Part shown: piece by piece, positions 9,925 to 20,171 of the stretch
Position numbering within the stretch: position 1 is the first letter of the stretch
Layout of the letters: each line of letters opens with the position of its first letter
Assembly (NCBI GenBank): GCA_965243205.1
Contig: CBDEUK010000002.1
Location: 448,001-512,000 of the forward strand
DNA from: Gammaproteobacteria bacterium
GTDB taxonomy: Bacteria > Pseudomonadota > Gammaproteobacteria > Eutrophobiales > Eutrophobiaceae
DNA length: 64,000 nucleotides
Direction: 5' to 3'
Made by a program: the position numbers and the translations under genes
The notes under the pieces: model-generated
What the model was told of the DNA's origin: nothing
Seen by the model: only the letters and a program-made list of their open reading frames with translations
Databases searched by the model: none

Positions 9925-10218
9925 ATGAAAAAATTCTACTTTTTAATTGTATTTTTTACCTCTCCATTGGTTTTGGGTGATGCAGTACCTTTTTCAGATT
10001 TCAAATTTATTGATACAGGTATGTCAGAGGGAGAAGTCTTATATCGTATAGGTCCACCTGATCATGAGACTATTCAAAGTGATTTCTACCACAACATAAT
10101 TCGTAAAACCTGGTTTTACATTCCAGAAAAAAACACACCCACTTCTAGGCGTTGGATCAGTGAAGTGACTTTCGATTTCCGTGGGAATGTATCTAATACA
10201 AAGCGCTATCGTCCTTAA
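9925..10218 (+). CDS. Exported small protein, SmpA/BamE-like domain
   Basis: Signal peptide MKKFYFLIV...VLG, GMSEGEVLYRIGPPD and ..TWFY pattern; ATG at 9925 preferred over TTG 9916. Confidence 0.6.
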   Translation: MKKFYFLIVFFTSPLVLGDAVPFSDFKFIDTGMSEGEVLYRIGPPDHETIQSDFYHNIIRKTWFYIPEKNTPTSRRWISEVTFDFRGNVSNTKRYRP

Positions 10219-11012
10219 TTTTTTAAATCAATTTTAGCCTGTTCCCATAAAGCATCGAGAATTTCTAATTCTGTTTCTTCAACCTTCTGATCACGCTTAC
10301 GTAACTCTGCTTCGATGTATTGAAAACGTTGGGTGAATTTTTTATTGGTCTTTTGTAATGAGATTTCAGCATCAAGTTTGAGCCTTCTGGCAAGATTAAC
10401 GACTGAAAAGAATACATCACCGATTTCATCTGAGAGTTTAGCTTTATCCGCAGCTTGATCGATTTCATACTGTAACTCATTGCACTCTTCTTTGATTTTA
10501 TCAAATACAGATTGCATCTCGACCCAATCAAAGCCAACAGCAGCGGCTTTCTTTTGAATTTTCTGCGCTTGTTTTAAAGCAGGTAAGGTTTTTAATACGC
10601 CATCTAAAAGACTTTCGGGTTCTGAAGATTTATTTTTATCTACTCGTTCTTGTTGTTTAATCTTTTCCCAAGAACCTTTCACTTCTTCATCACTTTGGAA
10701 ATTTTCTTCGCCAAATACATGTGGATGTCGACGAATCATTTTGTCGCAAATACTTTTAACGACATCATCAAAGCTAAAATGCCCTAATTCTTTTGCCATT
10801 TGCGCGTGGTAAACCACTTGCAACAATAAATCACCCAATTCATCGCACAAAGCATCCATATCATTGTCCAATATAGCGTCTTGAACTTCATAGGCCTCTT
10901 CTAAGGTATAGGGAATGATGGTTTCAAAGTTTTGTTTTTTATCCCAAGGACAACCCGTTTCTGGATCGCGAAGGTCGGACATAATTTGCAATAAAGTTTC
11001 AATATTTGACAT
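10215..11012 (-). CDS. mazG: Nucleoside triphosphate pyrophosphohydrolase MazG
   Basis: LRDPETGCPWD, EEAYEV, ELGDLLLQVV and RRHPHVF motifs; tandem MazG domains; start at MSNIET (11012). Confidence 0.96.
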   Translation of the reverse strand: MSNIETLLQIMSDLRDPETGCPWDKKQNFETIIPYTLEEAYEVQDAILDNDMDALCDELGDLLLQVVYHAQMAKELGHFSFDDVVKSICDKMIRRHPHVFGEENFQSDEEVKGSWEKIKQQERVDKNKSSEPESLLDGVLKTLPALKQAQKIQKKAAAVGFDWVEMQSVFDKIKEECNELQYEIDQAADKAKLSDEIGDVFFSVVNLARRLKLDAEISLQKTNKKFTQRFQYIEAELRKRDQKVEETELEILDALWEQAKIDLKN

Positions 11013-11166
11013 TAAAAGCAACCGTAAATCTATGAAAATTAAAGATGACTTGATCAATCACCCGTTTTCGCATACAAAGAGATGCGTTTTTGTTGTGGCA
11101 TCTTTAAACCGTAACAATAAGCACTGTACAATGCACGCGCATACTTGATAAGTAAAAGTGACGCTT

Positions 11167-11739
11167 ATGACACCACTAATTTTAAGATTAGATATATCAG
11201 GCTCACCAGTTACCTGGATACCTTGGCAAGATGCAGTTTGTTTATACAGCCGAGATATGATCGCCTGGACCGCAGGAGAGAGTATATTTACTTTCAGGGG
11301 TGGTATTTGCCGTTTAACTGGCGAGCGTTCTACAGTCAGCATCAATTCCATTATTGCGATTAAGCGTTCTAATAAATACAACGTCAATAAGCGTATTATC
11401 CCACCACTGACTAACCGTGAATTATTCTTACGTGATGCACATTTATGCATGTATTGTGGCAATGAATTCAGTGAACGCTTGTTGACCCGAGATCATGTGA
11501 TGCCAATTTCTAAAGGCGGAAAAGATAAATGGTCGAATGTGGTGACAGCTTGTAAGCACTGTAATACTAAAAAAGGCAGTAAAACCCCTGAGCAAGCGCA
11601 TATGCCTTTGCTAGCGGTTCCTTTTGTACCAAATTGGGCTGAATACTTAGCGTTATCAAACCGTAAAATCTTAGTCGATCAAATGGATTTTCTAAAATCT
11701 CAGTTTTCTGGTCGCCCTATGCCATTCAACACTCAGTGA
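11167..11739 (+). CDS. HNH endonuclease
   Basis: LFLRDAHLCMYCG, TRDHVMPISKGG, WSNVVTACKHCNTKK. Confidence 0.9.
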   Translation: MTPLILRLDISGSPVTWIPWQDAVCLYSRDMIAWTAGESIFTFRGGICRLTGERSTVSINSIIAIKRSNKYNVNKRIIPPLTNRELFLRDAHLCMYCGNEFSERLLTRDHVMPISKGGKDKWSNVVTACKHCNTKKGSKTPEQAHMPLLAVPFVPNWAEYLALSNRKILVDQMDFLKSQFSGRPMPFNTQ

Positions 11740-11773
11740 TGTGTTCAGTAACATAGTTATCCGTTAATATTTC

Positions 11774-12952
11774 TTGATGACGAAAACTTACCGCTGCAGC
11801 CAGCGCATGCAGGCTGTACAAAATCCTATTATTCCAATTATTGGCAAAGCCATTAAAAATACTCCAGGCACAATTTCGCTGGCTCAAGGTGTGGTTAATT
11901 ACGATCCACCGCCATCTGTTTATAAATCAGTTGAGAAGACCATGCGAGATCGCTCAAAACAACTTTATGGTGCAGTCGAAGGTCACCCTGAGTTGTTAGA
12001 ATTGATCTCTGAAAAATTATCTGTCGAAAACAATATCAAATTAGCTGATGGCTATGGACTAATGGTCACCGCAGGTGCCAGCATGGCTTTTTTAAATGTC
12101 TTACTAGCGATTTGTGATCCTGGTGATGAGGTTGTTTTGCTCGCACCATATTATTTTAATCATGAAATGGCAGTGAATATTGTTAATTGCAAGGCAGTTA
12201 TTGTTAATACGGATGAAGAATATCAAGCTAATTTAACGGCAATCACACAAGCTATAACGTCAAAAACCAAAGCCATTGTCACTGTATCGCCGAATAATCC
12301 AACAGGCGTGGTCTATTCCAAAGAATCGTTAGTAGCTATAAACCAACTTTGTAAACAACATGGTTTGTATCATATTTCAGATGAGGCTTATGAATATTTT
12401 GTTTACGATGATGAAGCGCACTTTTCAGCTGCATCCCTAGAAAACTCATCTGAATACACCATTAGCTTATTCTCATTATCAAAAAGTTATGGCCTAGCTG
12501 GTTGGCGTATAGGTTATATGGTATTTCCTCAGCATTTATTTAAGGCCTTACAGAAAATACAAGATACAAACGTAATCTGTGCCACTCAAGTTTCACAACA
12601 AGCGGCTATAGCTTGCTTTAAAACAGGCTCTAATTACTGTAAACAGCATCTAGATTTACTAAATCAACTTCGACAACAATGCATATTAAGCTTGAAAAGC
12701 TTAGATTCTATTTGCGAATTGGTTATTCCCAAAGGTGCATTTTATATTTTCCTAAAATTACACACTGATTTAGCGGATATGGATATCGCTTTGCATCTAA
12801 TCAAAGAACATAATGTCGCCTTGCTGCCAGGTTCAACCTTCGGGGCAACAGATACAACTTATCTAAGATTATCTTACGGCGCATTATCAAAAAACGACTT
12901 ATCGGTGGCAATGGAACGACTTACTGTAGGTCTTGGTCATAGTATTAGCTGA
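11774..12952 (+). CDS. PLP-dependent aminotransferase class I/II
   Basis: SPNNPTG, ISDEAY, SLSKSYGLAGWRIG. Confidence 0.92.
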   Translation: MMTKTYRCSQRMQAVQNPIIPIIGKAIKNTPGTISLAQGVVNYDPPPSVYKSVEKTMRDRSKQLYGAVEGHPELLELISEKLSVENNIKLADGYGLMVTAGASMAFLNVLLAICDPGDEVVLLAPYYFNHEMAVNIVNCKAVIVNTDEEYQANLTAITQAITSKTKAIVTVSPNNPTGVVYSKESLVAINQLCKQHGLYHISDEAYEYFVYDDEAHFSAASLENSSEYTISLFSLSKSYGLAGWRIGYMVFPQHLFKALQKIQDTNVICATQVSQQAAIACFKTGSNYCKQHLDLLNQLRQQCILSLKSLDSICELVIPKGAFYIFLKLHTDLADMDIALHLIKEHNVALLPGSTFGATDTTYLRLSYGALSKNDLSVAMERLTVGLGHSIS

Positions 12953-13012
12953 ATTAACTTGATATCGATATAATCCGGCTACAATTACAAATAAATATAA
13001 GAGGAAGTCTTT

Positions 13013-13390
13013 ATGTTGCGGTTTATCTCGATAGCATTGTTATGCTTATCATTTACTTCAGCCAGCCAGGCCTACGACGAAGATGGCAACTATGCTGTGT
13101 GGGGATTAGGCAAAAAATCTTGCTTTAAATATAGTCAGGCTAGAGAAAAAAATGAATATGATGATTTCTCCAATTATATAAAAGGTTTTTTAACCGCCTA
13201 TAATATGATTGAAGAAGAAACCTATAGCATCTCTTCTGCTATGCCTTTTAAGAAAATTTTAGAGTGGCTAGACGATGAATGTGAATTAAAACAAGTACAC
13301 CCACTTGAACATGCCTTATTAGCCTTTATTGATGCTCATTATGATAAACGATTAAAAAAAGCAAAAAGTGGGAGCGGAATAGGTCGATAA
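13013..13390 (+). CDS. Exported hypothetical protein
   Basis: GAGG RBS, signal peptide ending SQA, two Cys. Confidence 0.7.
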   Translation: MLRFISIALLCLSFTSASQAYDEDGNYAVWGLGKKSCFKYSQAREKNEYDDFSNYIKGFLTAYNMIEEETYSISSAMPFKKILEWLDDECELKQVHPLEHALLAFIDAHYDKRLKKAKSGSGIGR

Positions 13391-13602
13391 TTTCAAATTT
13401 TAAATGAAATAGCATTGCTATTTAGTTGAAATTATTATATTTTCACTAAAAGTTGTTGATAATAAAGTCAATAATTTATTGTTTTATAGATATTTAGTGA
13501 CAGATTTCATTGATTAATGCTATGAAATCGTTCATTATTTTGTTGGTTTAAAGATCTGGGGAAACCTAAGCTTAGAAATCCGTTATAAATGGGAGAAACA
13601 TA

Positions 13603-13887
13603 ATGCAAACTCTAATTAAAACAACTGTACTTGCTACCTCAATCGCTTTAGTTGGCGGCTGTGCAACCATTACACCTGAACAATTCGACGCTGTTAAATC
13701 ACAAGCTGCTCAAGCTGCTGCTGATGCTAACCAAGCCCTTGGTACCGCTAACAGCGCTCTTAGCGTAGCTAACGAAGCTAATATCGCTGCTGCTGAAGCT
13801 CAATCTGCTGCAGAAACAGCTCTAGCATGTTGTAACGACAATGCTACTAAAATTGACCGTGCTTTTAGCAAAGCAATGGCAAAATAA
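13603..13887 (+). CDS. Lpp/OprI-family alanine-zipper lipoprotein
   Basis: Lipobox LVGGC, Ala-rich coiled coil, KIDRAFSKAMAK ending in Lys; codon bias typical of high expression. Confidence 0.88.
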   Translation: MQTLIKTTVLATSIALVGGCATITPEQFDAVKSQAAQAAADANQALGTANSALSVANEANIAAAEAQSAAETALACCNDNATKIDRAFSKAMAK

Positions 13888-13909
13888 GAAACGTTTTATA
13901 CGCTTCAAT

Positions 13910-13939
13910 AAAAAAACCTCGCCTAGGCGAGGTTTTTTT
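13910..13939. terminator. Bidirectional intrinsic terminator
   Basis: AAAAAAACCTCGC-CTAG-GCGAGGTTTTTTT. Confidence 0.85.
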
Positions 13940-13958
13940 ATGCCAATTATAATGTCCT

Positions 13959-15071
13959 TTATTGACTCAATATCGTATCTAACCTAAGGCGAAGTTTATT
14001 TTCCTGTGCATCAATCGCCCTACTAGTAATAGTATCTAAGCTATTCAGCTTTATTTCCTCATTCGTAGAAGCAACGGATAAATTTGATACTGGTGATGCT
14101 GCTTCAACAAGCATCAAATCTTGCGAGAACCCATCTTTGCCTATTTTTTTCTTTCCAATAGCGACAGGAACGCCATTAGGCGCCGCATTCACCTGACGAA
14201 CAATATCCCAGTCAATGTCGTATTCATCTTCCCGAGTTTGTTCGATGATTAACTCAACAATAGGAGTAATATTATTTTTAAAACGCTCAGCGTCTTCTTC
14301 AAGGTAAGGATGTGCTTCTAAATAGAGAATACCTTCACGAGCACCCACCTTATATGGTTGATTGATTATCTCAACACGGGTACCAATTTTTACTTGTTGA
14401 AATAACTTTTCAATATCTTCTGGATACAATCGAATACAACCATGACTCACGCGCATTCCAATACCAAACGGCTTATTGGTACCATGAATTAAATACTCTC
14501 GTCGTCCTAAACGCATGGCATAAGCACCTAATGGGTTATCAGGCCCTGCTTCAACAATTTCAGGCAATGGATCACCTGCATTAGCATGTTCTTCAATAAT
14601 GGATTTTGGTGGATACCAATTTGGATTTGCTTTTTTCTCAACAATCTTGGTCTTCATATAAGGTGTAGACCAACCTTCCCTACCAACACCAAGTGGGTAT
14701 GTTTCAACTTGGGTTTCACCGGCTTCACCTTTAAAATAATGATACAAACGCATTTCAGGTATGTTTAATACCAAACCCGTTCGTTGTGTTTTTGGCAAAA
14801 TAAACTTGGAAGGTAATTGAATTTCATTGCCTTCACCAGGCAACCAAGTATCTACTGTGGGATTGATTAATTTAATATCTTGATAACCGAGGCCATTTGC
14901 TCTGGCAATATCGAGTAAGGTATCTTGATCACGTGAATAAGTTGTAGAAACTTCACCAATGACGGTTTCTTCTTGATTGGATAAAGTATAAATTGTGGCA
15001 TACGAAATCTGGCAAAGGCTAAATTGCATTAACCCAATCAATACACATTGGAAAAGAAACTTGATATACAC
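13959..15071 (-). CDS. L,D-transpeptidase (ErfK/YcfS/YbiS family)
   Basis: LysM-like N-terminus, GPDNPLG, IHGTN, SHGCIRL catalytic Cys, YLEAH C-domain. Confidence 0.93.
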   Translation of the reverse strand: MYIKFLFQCVLIGLMQFSLCQISYATIYTLSNQEETVIGEVSTTYSRDQDTLLDIARANGLGYQDIKLINPTVDTWLPGEGNEIQLPSKFILPKTQRTGLVLNIPEMRLYHYFKGEAGETQVETYPLGVGREGWSTPYMKTKIVEKKANPNWYPPKSIIEEHANAGDPLPEIVEAGPDNPLGAYAMRLGRREYLIHGTNKPFGIGMRVSHGCIRLYPEDIEKLFQQVKIGTRVEIINQPYKVGAREGILYLEAHPYLEEDAERFKNNITPIVELIIEQTREDEYDIDWDIVRQVNAAPNGVPVAIGKKKIGKDGFSQDLMLVEAASPVSNLSVASTNEEIKLNSLDTITSRAIDAQENKLRLRLDTILSQ

Positions 15072-15108
15072 TGAGAGCCTATTCCTAAGTAGTTACTTTA
15101 ATTATTAA

Positions 15109-16149
15109 ATGTTATTGTTTTTGTATACAGTAATGAAATATTTTTCTGTTCGCAAATATTTCCAGCATTTTATGCAGAAAAACAGCATTATTTTTAGTTT
15201 ATTGGTTTCAATATCCGCTTGTGCGAACCAAACGATTACTGAGATTCATTTACATCGTCAATTTACAAAAGAATCTAGTAATGTAAAAGATTTTGAACTG
15301 ATATCTGTCTATCAGTTCCATAATTCTGAACAGTTTCCCTGGTTATACGAATTATCTGGTTTAGCTTGGGATTATGATGAACAAGTTTTGTATAGTGTCA
15401 CTGATAGCGGATACCTAATCGTTCTAAAGCCTTCCTTTGAGGATAATAAACTCATCGCTTTAAATATTTTAAGACATTTCCAATTAAAAAATTTTAACGA
15501 CGAGCCTTTACAAGAAATATTTAGTGATAGTGAAGGATTGGCCCTACGCAACCATAACAATAGTATTCAAGGCGATACTGAATTAGCCATATCGTTTGAA
15601 CGTAAACCACGAATTGATTTATATACAAATACAGGTGTGTTTTTAAAACAGATCTTGGATTTTAAACATCAGTTTAAAATTTATGAATTTTCATCCAGTA
15701 ACAAACAATTAGAGTCGTTAACCGAATTAAATGAAAAAAATTATGTGTATGGCTCAGAACGGCCACTAAAGCAATCTTTACCAGGTGAAATTCGATTATT
15801 TGATATTTCAAATACCATAGGAACATTCAGGTTGCATGATAAAAAATATGGCTCATTGGTTGGCCTGACTACTTTGCCTAATAATTCCTTAATTGCATTA
15901 GAAAGAGTTTTTGTAAATGTTTTTACTCCATTGCAATTTCACATACACAAAATAGAGCTAACTGAAGAAGGCGTAAAACAACAATTATTGCATTCAAGCA
16001 CGAAAGAATATGAAATTATTTCTGATAACTTCGAAGGAATTAGCCATCATAAAGATAATTATTTTTTTATGGTCTCAGATGACAATCAAAACTCTATACT
16101 AAGAACACTATTAATCTATTTTCGTTTACCTAATTTAAACGTAAAATGA
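15109..16149 (+). CDS. Esterase-like activity of phytase family beta-propeller protein
   Basis: ELSGL, VTDSG, DSEGL, DNFEGI and MVSDDN motifs; start codon uncertain. Confidence 0.75.
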   Translation: MLLFLYTVMKYFSVRKYFQHFMQKNSIIFSLLVSISACANQTITEIHLHRQFTKESSNVKDFELISVYQFHNSEQFPWLYELSGLAWDYDEQVLYSVTDSGYLIVLKPSFEDNKLIALNILRHFQLKNFNDEPLQEIFSDSEGLALRNHNNSIQGDTELAISFERKPRIDLYTNTGVFLKQILDFKHQFKIYEFSSSNKQLESLTELNEKNYVYGSERPLKQSLPGEIRLFDISNTIGTFRLHDKKYGSLVGLTTLPNNSLIALERVFVNVFTPLQFHIHKIELTEEGVKQQLLHSSTKEYEIISDNFEGISHHKDNYFFMVSDDNQNSILRTLLIYFRLPNLNVK

Positions 16150-16150
16150 A

Positions 16151-16675
16151 TTACTCTTTCAAACGAGGCATTAACTCCACTAAATTACATGGACGTGTTC
16201 GATAATCTAATTGAAAGTTAATAATATTATCCCAGGCATCAGCGCATGCACTTTTTGAACCTGGCAAGCAAAAAATAAAAGTACGATTTGCTACGCCAGC
16301 AATCGCTCTGGACTGAATTGTTGAGGTTTTAATTTTTTCATAGGAAATCGCTCGAAATATTTCCCCGAAACCATCTATGGTTTTATCAAATAACACACTG
16401 GCAGCTTCTGGGGTTCCATCCCTCCCTGTTATTCCAGTACCTCCAGTCGATATAATCGCATCTACATCTGAATCTGCTATCCAATCTGATAATACTTTAC
16501 GTATTTGATATGTATCGTCTTTGACAATTTGTTTGGATGATAAAATATGTCCAGCATCAGTTATGCGTTTTACTATTAATTTTCCAGAAGTATCATCTTT
16601 TTCTGTTCGACTATCAGAAACAGTAAGCACGCATATATTTAAAGGCTTGAATTGTCTTTCATTCTGTTCGGCCAT
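16151..16675 (-). CDS. moaB: Molybdenum cofactor biosynthesis protein B
   Basis: LTVSDSR, TGGTGITGRDGTPEA, RPCNLV. Confidence 0.95.
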   Translation of the reverse strand: MAEQNERQFKPLNICVLTVSDSRTEKDDTSGKLIVKRITDAGHILSSKQIVKDDTYQIRKVLSDWIADSDVDAIISTGGTGITGRDGTPEAASVLFDKTIDGFGEIFRAISYEKIKTSTIQSRAIAGVANRTFIFCLPGSKSACADAWDNIINFQLDYRTRPCNLVELMPRLKE

Positions 16676-16736
16676 TGATTTACCTATTTAATAATTTATG
16701 ATCTATATATTCTGTGAAATTATTTTACATCGTACT

Positions 16737-17141
16737 ATGACTGAAAAAAATGAAAATAATACTATTCGTTTAGATAAATGGCTTTGGTGTGCCCGATTTT
16801 ACAAAACACGCAGTCTGGCTGCTGAATCGATCAAGTCAGGGAAAATAAAAATAAATGGTGATAAAGCAAAACCATCAAAATTGGTATCAATAAACGATAA
16901 TTTATTCATTCGTAAAGAATCATTTAACTACGATATTACTGTATTAGGAATACCAAAAAACCGTCTATCTGCAAGTCTAGCAATTGAGCTGTATGAAGAG
17001 ACACAGGATAGCATTGATCTCAGAGAGCAATTAACTGCCCAAATAAAGGCAGAATCTAAACTTTATCCAAGAAGCTTGGGTAGGCCTACCAAACGCGATC
17101 GACGACAAATTGTACGTTTTAAAACTGGCGAGAAAATATAA
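16737..17141 (+). CDS. hslR: Ribosome-associated heat shock protein Hsp15 (S4 domain)
   Basis: RLDKWLWCARFYKTRSLA and GRPTKRDRR. Confidence 0.93.
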   Translation: MTEKNENNTIRLDKWLWCARFYKTRSLAAESIKSGKIKINGDKAKPSKLVSINDNLFIRKESFNYDITVLGIPKNRLSASLAIELYEETQDSIDLREQLTAQIKAESKLYPRSLGRPTKRDRRQIVRFKTGEKI

Positions 17142-17572
17142 TGTCAATTGCTATCATTTTTATCGTCAACTTAATATTAATATCATTATGTTTGCTCGTA
17201 CATTATGAAATGTTTTCTCATTTAAATAATTTTTTAAATATTTTAAACATCAGGCATAGAGCTAAAGTATTTTGGTCTATGATTATTGTGGTTATTACTC
17301 ACGTGATTGAAGTATGGATATTTGCTATCGCGTTTTATTTGACAGCGGCTTATGAAAATTTAGGTGGATTTACCGGCAACTTAAAACATCAATTACTCGA
17401 TTATGTTTATTATTCCTTTGTTACTTATACTTCTTTAGGTTTAGGCGATATTATACCAACTGGTTCTATGCGTTTTTTAACTGGAATAGAGTCATTAGTA
17501 GGATTAGTGCTAATAGCTTGGTCTGCCTCATTTATGTATTTTCAAATGCAACAATTTTGGCAAAAAAACTAA
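17141..17572 (+). CDS. Small ion channel domain protein (Ion_trans_2)
   Basis: YYSFVTYTSLGLGDIIP pore loop between TM helices. Confidence 0.85.
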   Translation: MSIAIIFIVNLILISLCLLVHYEMFSHLNNFLNILNIRHRAKVFWSMIIVVITHVIEVWIFAIAFYLTAAYENLGGFTGNLKHQLLDYVYYSFVTYTSLGLGDIIPTGSMRFLTGIESLVGLVLIAWSASFMYFQMQQFWQKN

Positions 17573-18942
17573 TTTTTTTGAACAAAACCATTCTTCTTTT
17601 CTAATAAGAATGCATAAAGTGTCATCGAAACTGTTCTAGCAAGTTGAAAACAAATGAATGCCAACCATAAACCATGATTATCGAGTGTTTGTGAAAAATA
17701 CCAAACAGGGAAAAAAATTAAAAAAGTTGAGAAGACCATACTATTTCTCATTTCCATCGCTTTTCTAGCACCCGTAAAAACACCATCCCAAACATAACTC
17801 CATACTGAAATCATCGTCGCTAATAAAACCCAAACCAAATATTTTTCTGCTATGATTTGAACATTAGTAATTGAAGTCATTGCATTGATTAAATGCCCGC
17901 CAAACATTCCATATAAAATAGTAATTACTATTGCAAACAAACCACTCCATAACATCGAGAGTAAAACAGAATTCCAAAATAAAGAATGTTTTTTTTCTCC
18001 AATCGCTTTACCTGAAAGTACTTCAGAAGCAATAGCAAAGCCATCTAATGTTAACGCCATTAATAAATAAAAATTCTTTAATATTGCATTTGCAGCAAGT
18101 ACTTCATCACTTTGACCAGCACCTTGATGTATAAAAAAACTAAACACAAATATCAAACTCAGCGTCCTTAAAAATAAATTATGATTGACGCTCAGCATTT
18201 CAAAAATGCTCTCTATATCGAAAAGTTGTGAACGTTGCCATGAACCAGGGTGTTTTTTTAGTGTGCAAAGACATAACCACAATGAAACAAACATTCCTGC
18301 GTATTGAGCTATTACCGTAGCTAACGCTACACCCTGAACTTCCATATTCAATTCAATAACAAAAATTAAATCTAATATGATATTTAATATATTGATAAAT
18401 ACAGAAATCAATAATGTAGCTTTGGCATTATGCATTCCCAGCAACCAACCTGTGATCACTAGATTAATTAATATTGCAGGAATAGCCCATATTGCAATAT
18501 CAAAATATCGATTTGCATGAAATTTAACTTCCGTACTTCCATTTAAAATGGAAAAGCATATGTTCGAGATGAATGTTTGAAATAGTAAAACAAATAAAGA
18601 CAATGTTAGAGCTAAAATAATCGCATGCCCTAAACTACTGCGAATAAGATCGGTTTTATTTGCGCCAAAATGCTGAGCAACAATCCCTGTTGTCCCCATG
18701 CGTAGAAATGACAGACCCCAATATAATAAATTAAATATCACCATCGCCAATGTAACACCGCCTAGATAATAAGGTTGATCTAGATGGCCTACGACAGCAG
18801 TATCGACAATGCCTAATAGTGCAATGGTTATATTTGATAACATAATCGGTCCAGCTAAACGCCAGAGCGATTTATGTTGTTCGATAGAAAACTGCAAGTA
18901 AGAAATAATCTTTAAGAAGTGAAGTTTAAAGAAACTTCCCAA
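17569..18942 (-). CDS. dinF: MATE family efflux transporter, DinF-like
   Basis: LLGIVDTAVVGHL and FLRMGTTG, about 12 TM; start uncertain. Confidence 0.88.
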   Translation of the reverse strand: MGSFFKLHFLKIISYLQFSIEQHKSLWRLAGPIMLSNITIALLGIVDTAVVGHLDQPYYLGGVTLAMVIFNLLYWGLSFLRMGTTGIVAQHFGANKTDLIRSSLGHAIILALTLSLFVLLFQTFISNICFSILNGSTEVKFHANRYFDIAIWAIPAILINLVITGWLLGMHNAKATLLISVFINILNIILDLIFVIELNMEVQGVALATVIAQYAGMFVSLWLCLCTLKKHPGSWQRSQLFDIESIFEMLSVNHNLFLRTLSLIFVFSFFIHQGAGQSDEVLAANAILKNFYLLMALTLDGFAIASEVLSGKAIGEKKHSLFWNSVLLSMLWSGLFAIVITILYGMFGGHLINAMTSITNVQIIAEKYLVWVLLATMISVWSYVWDGVFTGARKAMEMRNSMVFSTFLIFFPVWYFSQTLDNHGLWLAFICFQLARTVSMTLYAFLLEKKNGFVQKN

Positions 18943-19523
18943 TCACCATCAAAAAACTTATCTTTTAATGGGCTACGCTGACGATCTGCCAGTTCACGTT
19001 CCTTTTGTTCTTCGTTCATTTTTTCAACCGCTAATTGATAACCTATGGAAATCATAGATAACATTGTGAATTGCTCAGGTATGTTAAATTCCTTCCTTGC
19101 TTTTTCTGGATCATAACCACCCATTTGATGCACCATTAATCCAAGTTCTGTAGCTTGGATACTTAAACTCATTGAGGCAGCCCCTGTATCGAATTCACCC
19201 CAACGATTTGGTTTTCCATTTTTTGATAGAATAGTATCTCCTACACCTAACATTAATACTTGTGCATCTTTAGCCCAACCTTGATTACCTTCCATTAAAC
19301 AATTAAATGCTTTTTGCCATGCATCAGGGTTTGTTTGCTTATTACATACAATAAAACGCCAAGGTTCATCACCAAAACATGAAGGAGCCCATCGAGCCGC
19401 TTCTAATAAAGATTGTATTGATGCTTCATCAACAATTTTTTCTGGGTCATAGGCTCGACCACTCCATCGATTAGCTAAAACATTATTTATTGGTACTGAA
19501 GTAGACGCTTTTTTTTCAAACAT
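18912..19523 (-). CDS. Nitroreductase family protein
   Basis: RWSGRAY, EAARWAPS, EPWRF, HQMGG. Confidence 0.9.
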   Translation of the reverse strand: MFEKKASTSVPINNVLANRWSGRAYDPEKIVDEASIQSLLEAARWAPSCFGDEPWRFIVCNKQTNPDAWQKAFNCLMEGNQGWAKDAQVLMLGVGDTILSKNGKPNRWGEFDTGAASMSLSIQATELGLMVHQMGGYDPEKARKEFNIPEQFTMLSMISIGYQLAVEKMNEEQKERELADRQRSPLKDKFFDGDWEVSLNFTS

Positions 19524-19547
19524 ATATTGATATCTCTTTAGTTTGTG

Positions 19548-20171
19548 TTAGATGTAAATTTTTAAAATTTCATTTTCTATCTTTGTTCGGTATTCTACTA
19601 AAGCTTTGTTACCACCTTCTATACATTCACCCGACGAAAGGTTAAATACCCATTGATGTTTTGGACAAGTAATACAATCACCTGAAGCGTCTTCAAGTTG
19701 TAAAGGTGTATTGTTGTGAGGACATTTTGCTTCATATACTGTAAAAAGATCATTTTCTTTATTGACAAAAATATTTACGCCATTAATTGTAAAATAATTA
19801 ATTCCATCATTAATTGAAGAAAGACTTGAAACATCATACCATTGAGCTTTATCTTTCAAATTTTCAGGTGCAAATTCAGACAAACCCATTTCTGAAATTT
19901 GCTCAACTGCCCAAATAATCTTACTCAAACCTAAGGTTGGAAATGCCACTAACAAAGCATCAATGATTTCATTAGCTGAATTACCTTCTTTTAAAGCACG
20001 TTTAACATATTGACGAAAACCCTTTTCAGTTTGCTTGTCGACTTTTGTAATCACTGAAATTAGAAATCGAGTTTTATCATCTAAATGTTCTGCTGATTTA
20101 CTAAGAAAAGTAAAATATGCTTCTACAGCTTCTGGACGTATTTCTTTCAAATAATTTATAGCATCACTCAT
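19548..20171 (-). CDS. CMD/AhpD-like domain fused to a Rieske [2Fe-2S] domain
   Basis: N-terminal helical CMD-like region (LDDKTRFLISV...ALKEGNSANEIIDAL); C-terminal CPH...CPKH Rieske ligands. Confidence 0.75.
   Translation of the reverse strand: MSDAINYLKEIRPEAVEAYFTFLSKSAEHLDDKTRFLISVITKVDKQTEKGFRQYVKRALKEGNSANEIIDALLVAFPTLGLSKIIWAVEQISEMGLSEFAPENLKDKAQWYDVSSLSSINDGINYFTINGVNIFVNKENDLFTVYEAKCPHNNTPLQLEDASGDCITCPKHQWVFNLSSGECIEGGNKALVEYRTKIENEILKIYI

Noticed and set aside
11058-11462. 134-aa ORF antisense to the HNH gene
   Set aside because: Shadow ORF with no motif; overlaps a well-supported gene.
10215-11739. mazG plus HNH as an anti-phage module
   Set aside because: The genes are divergent, MazG is the ordinary tandem-domain housekeeping type, and there is no defence or mobile context.
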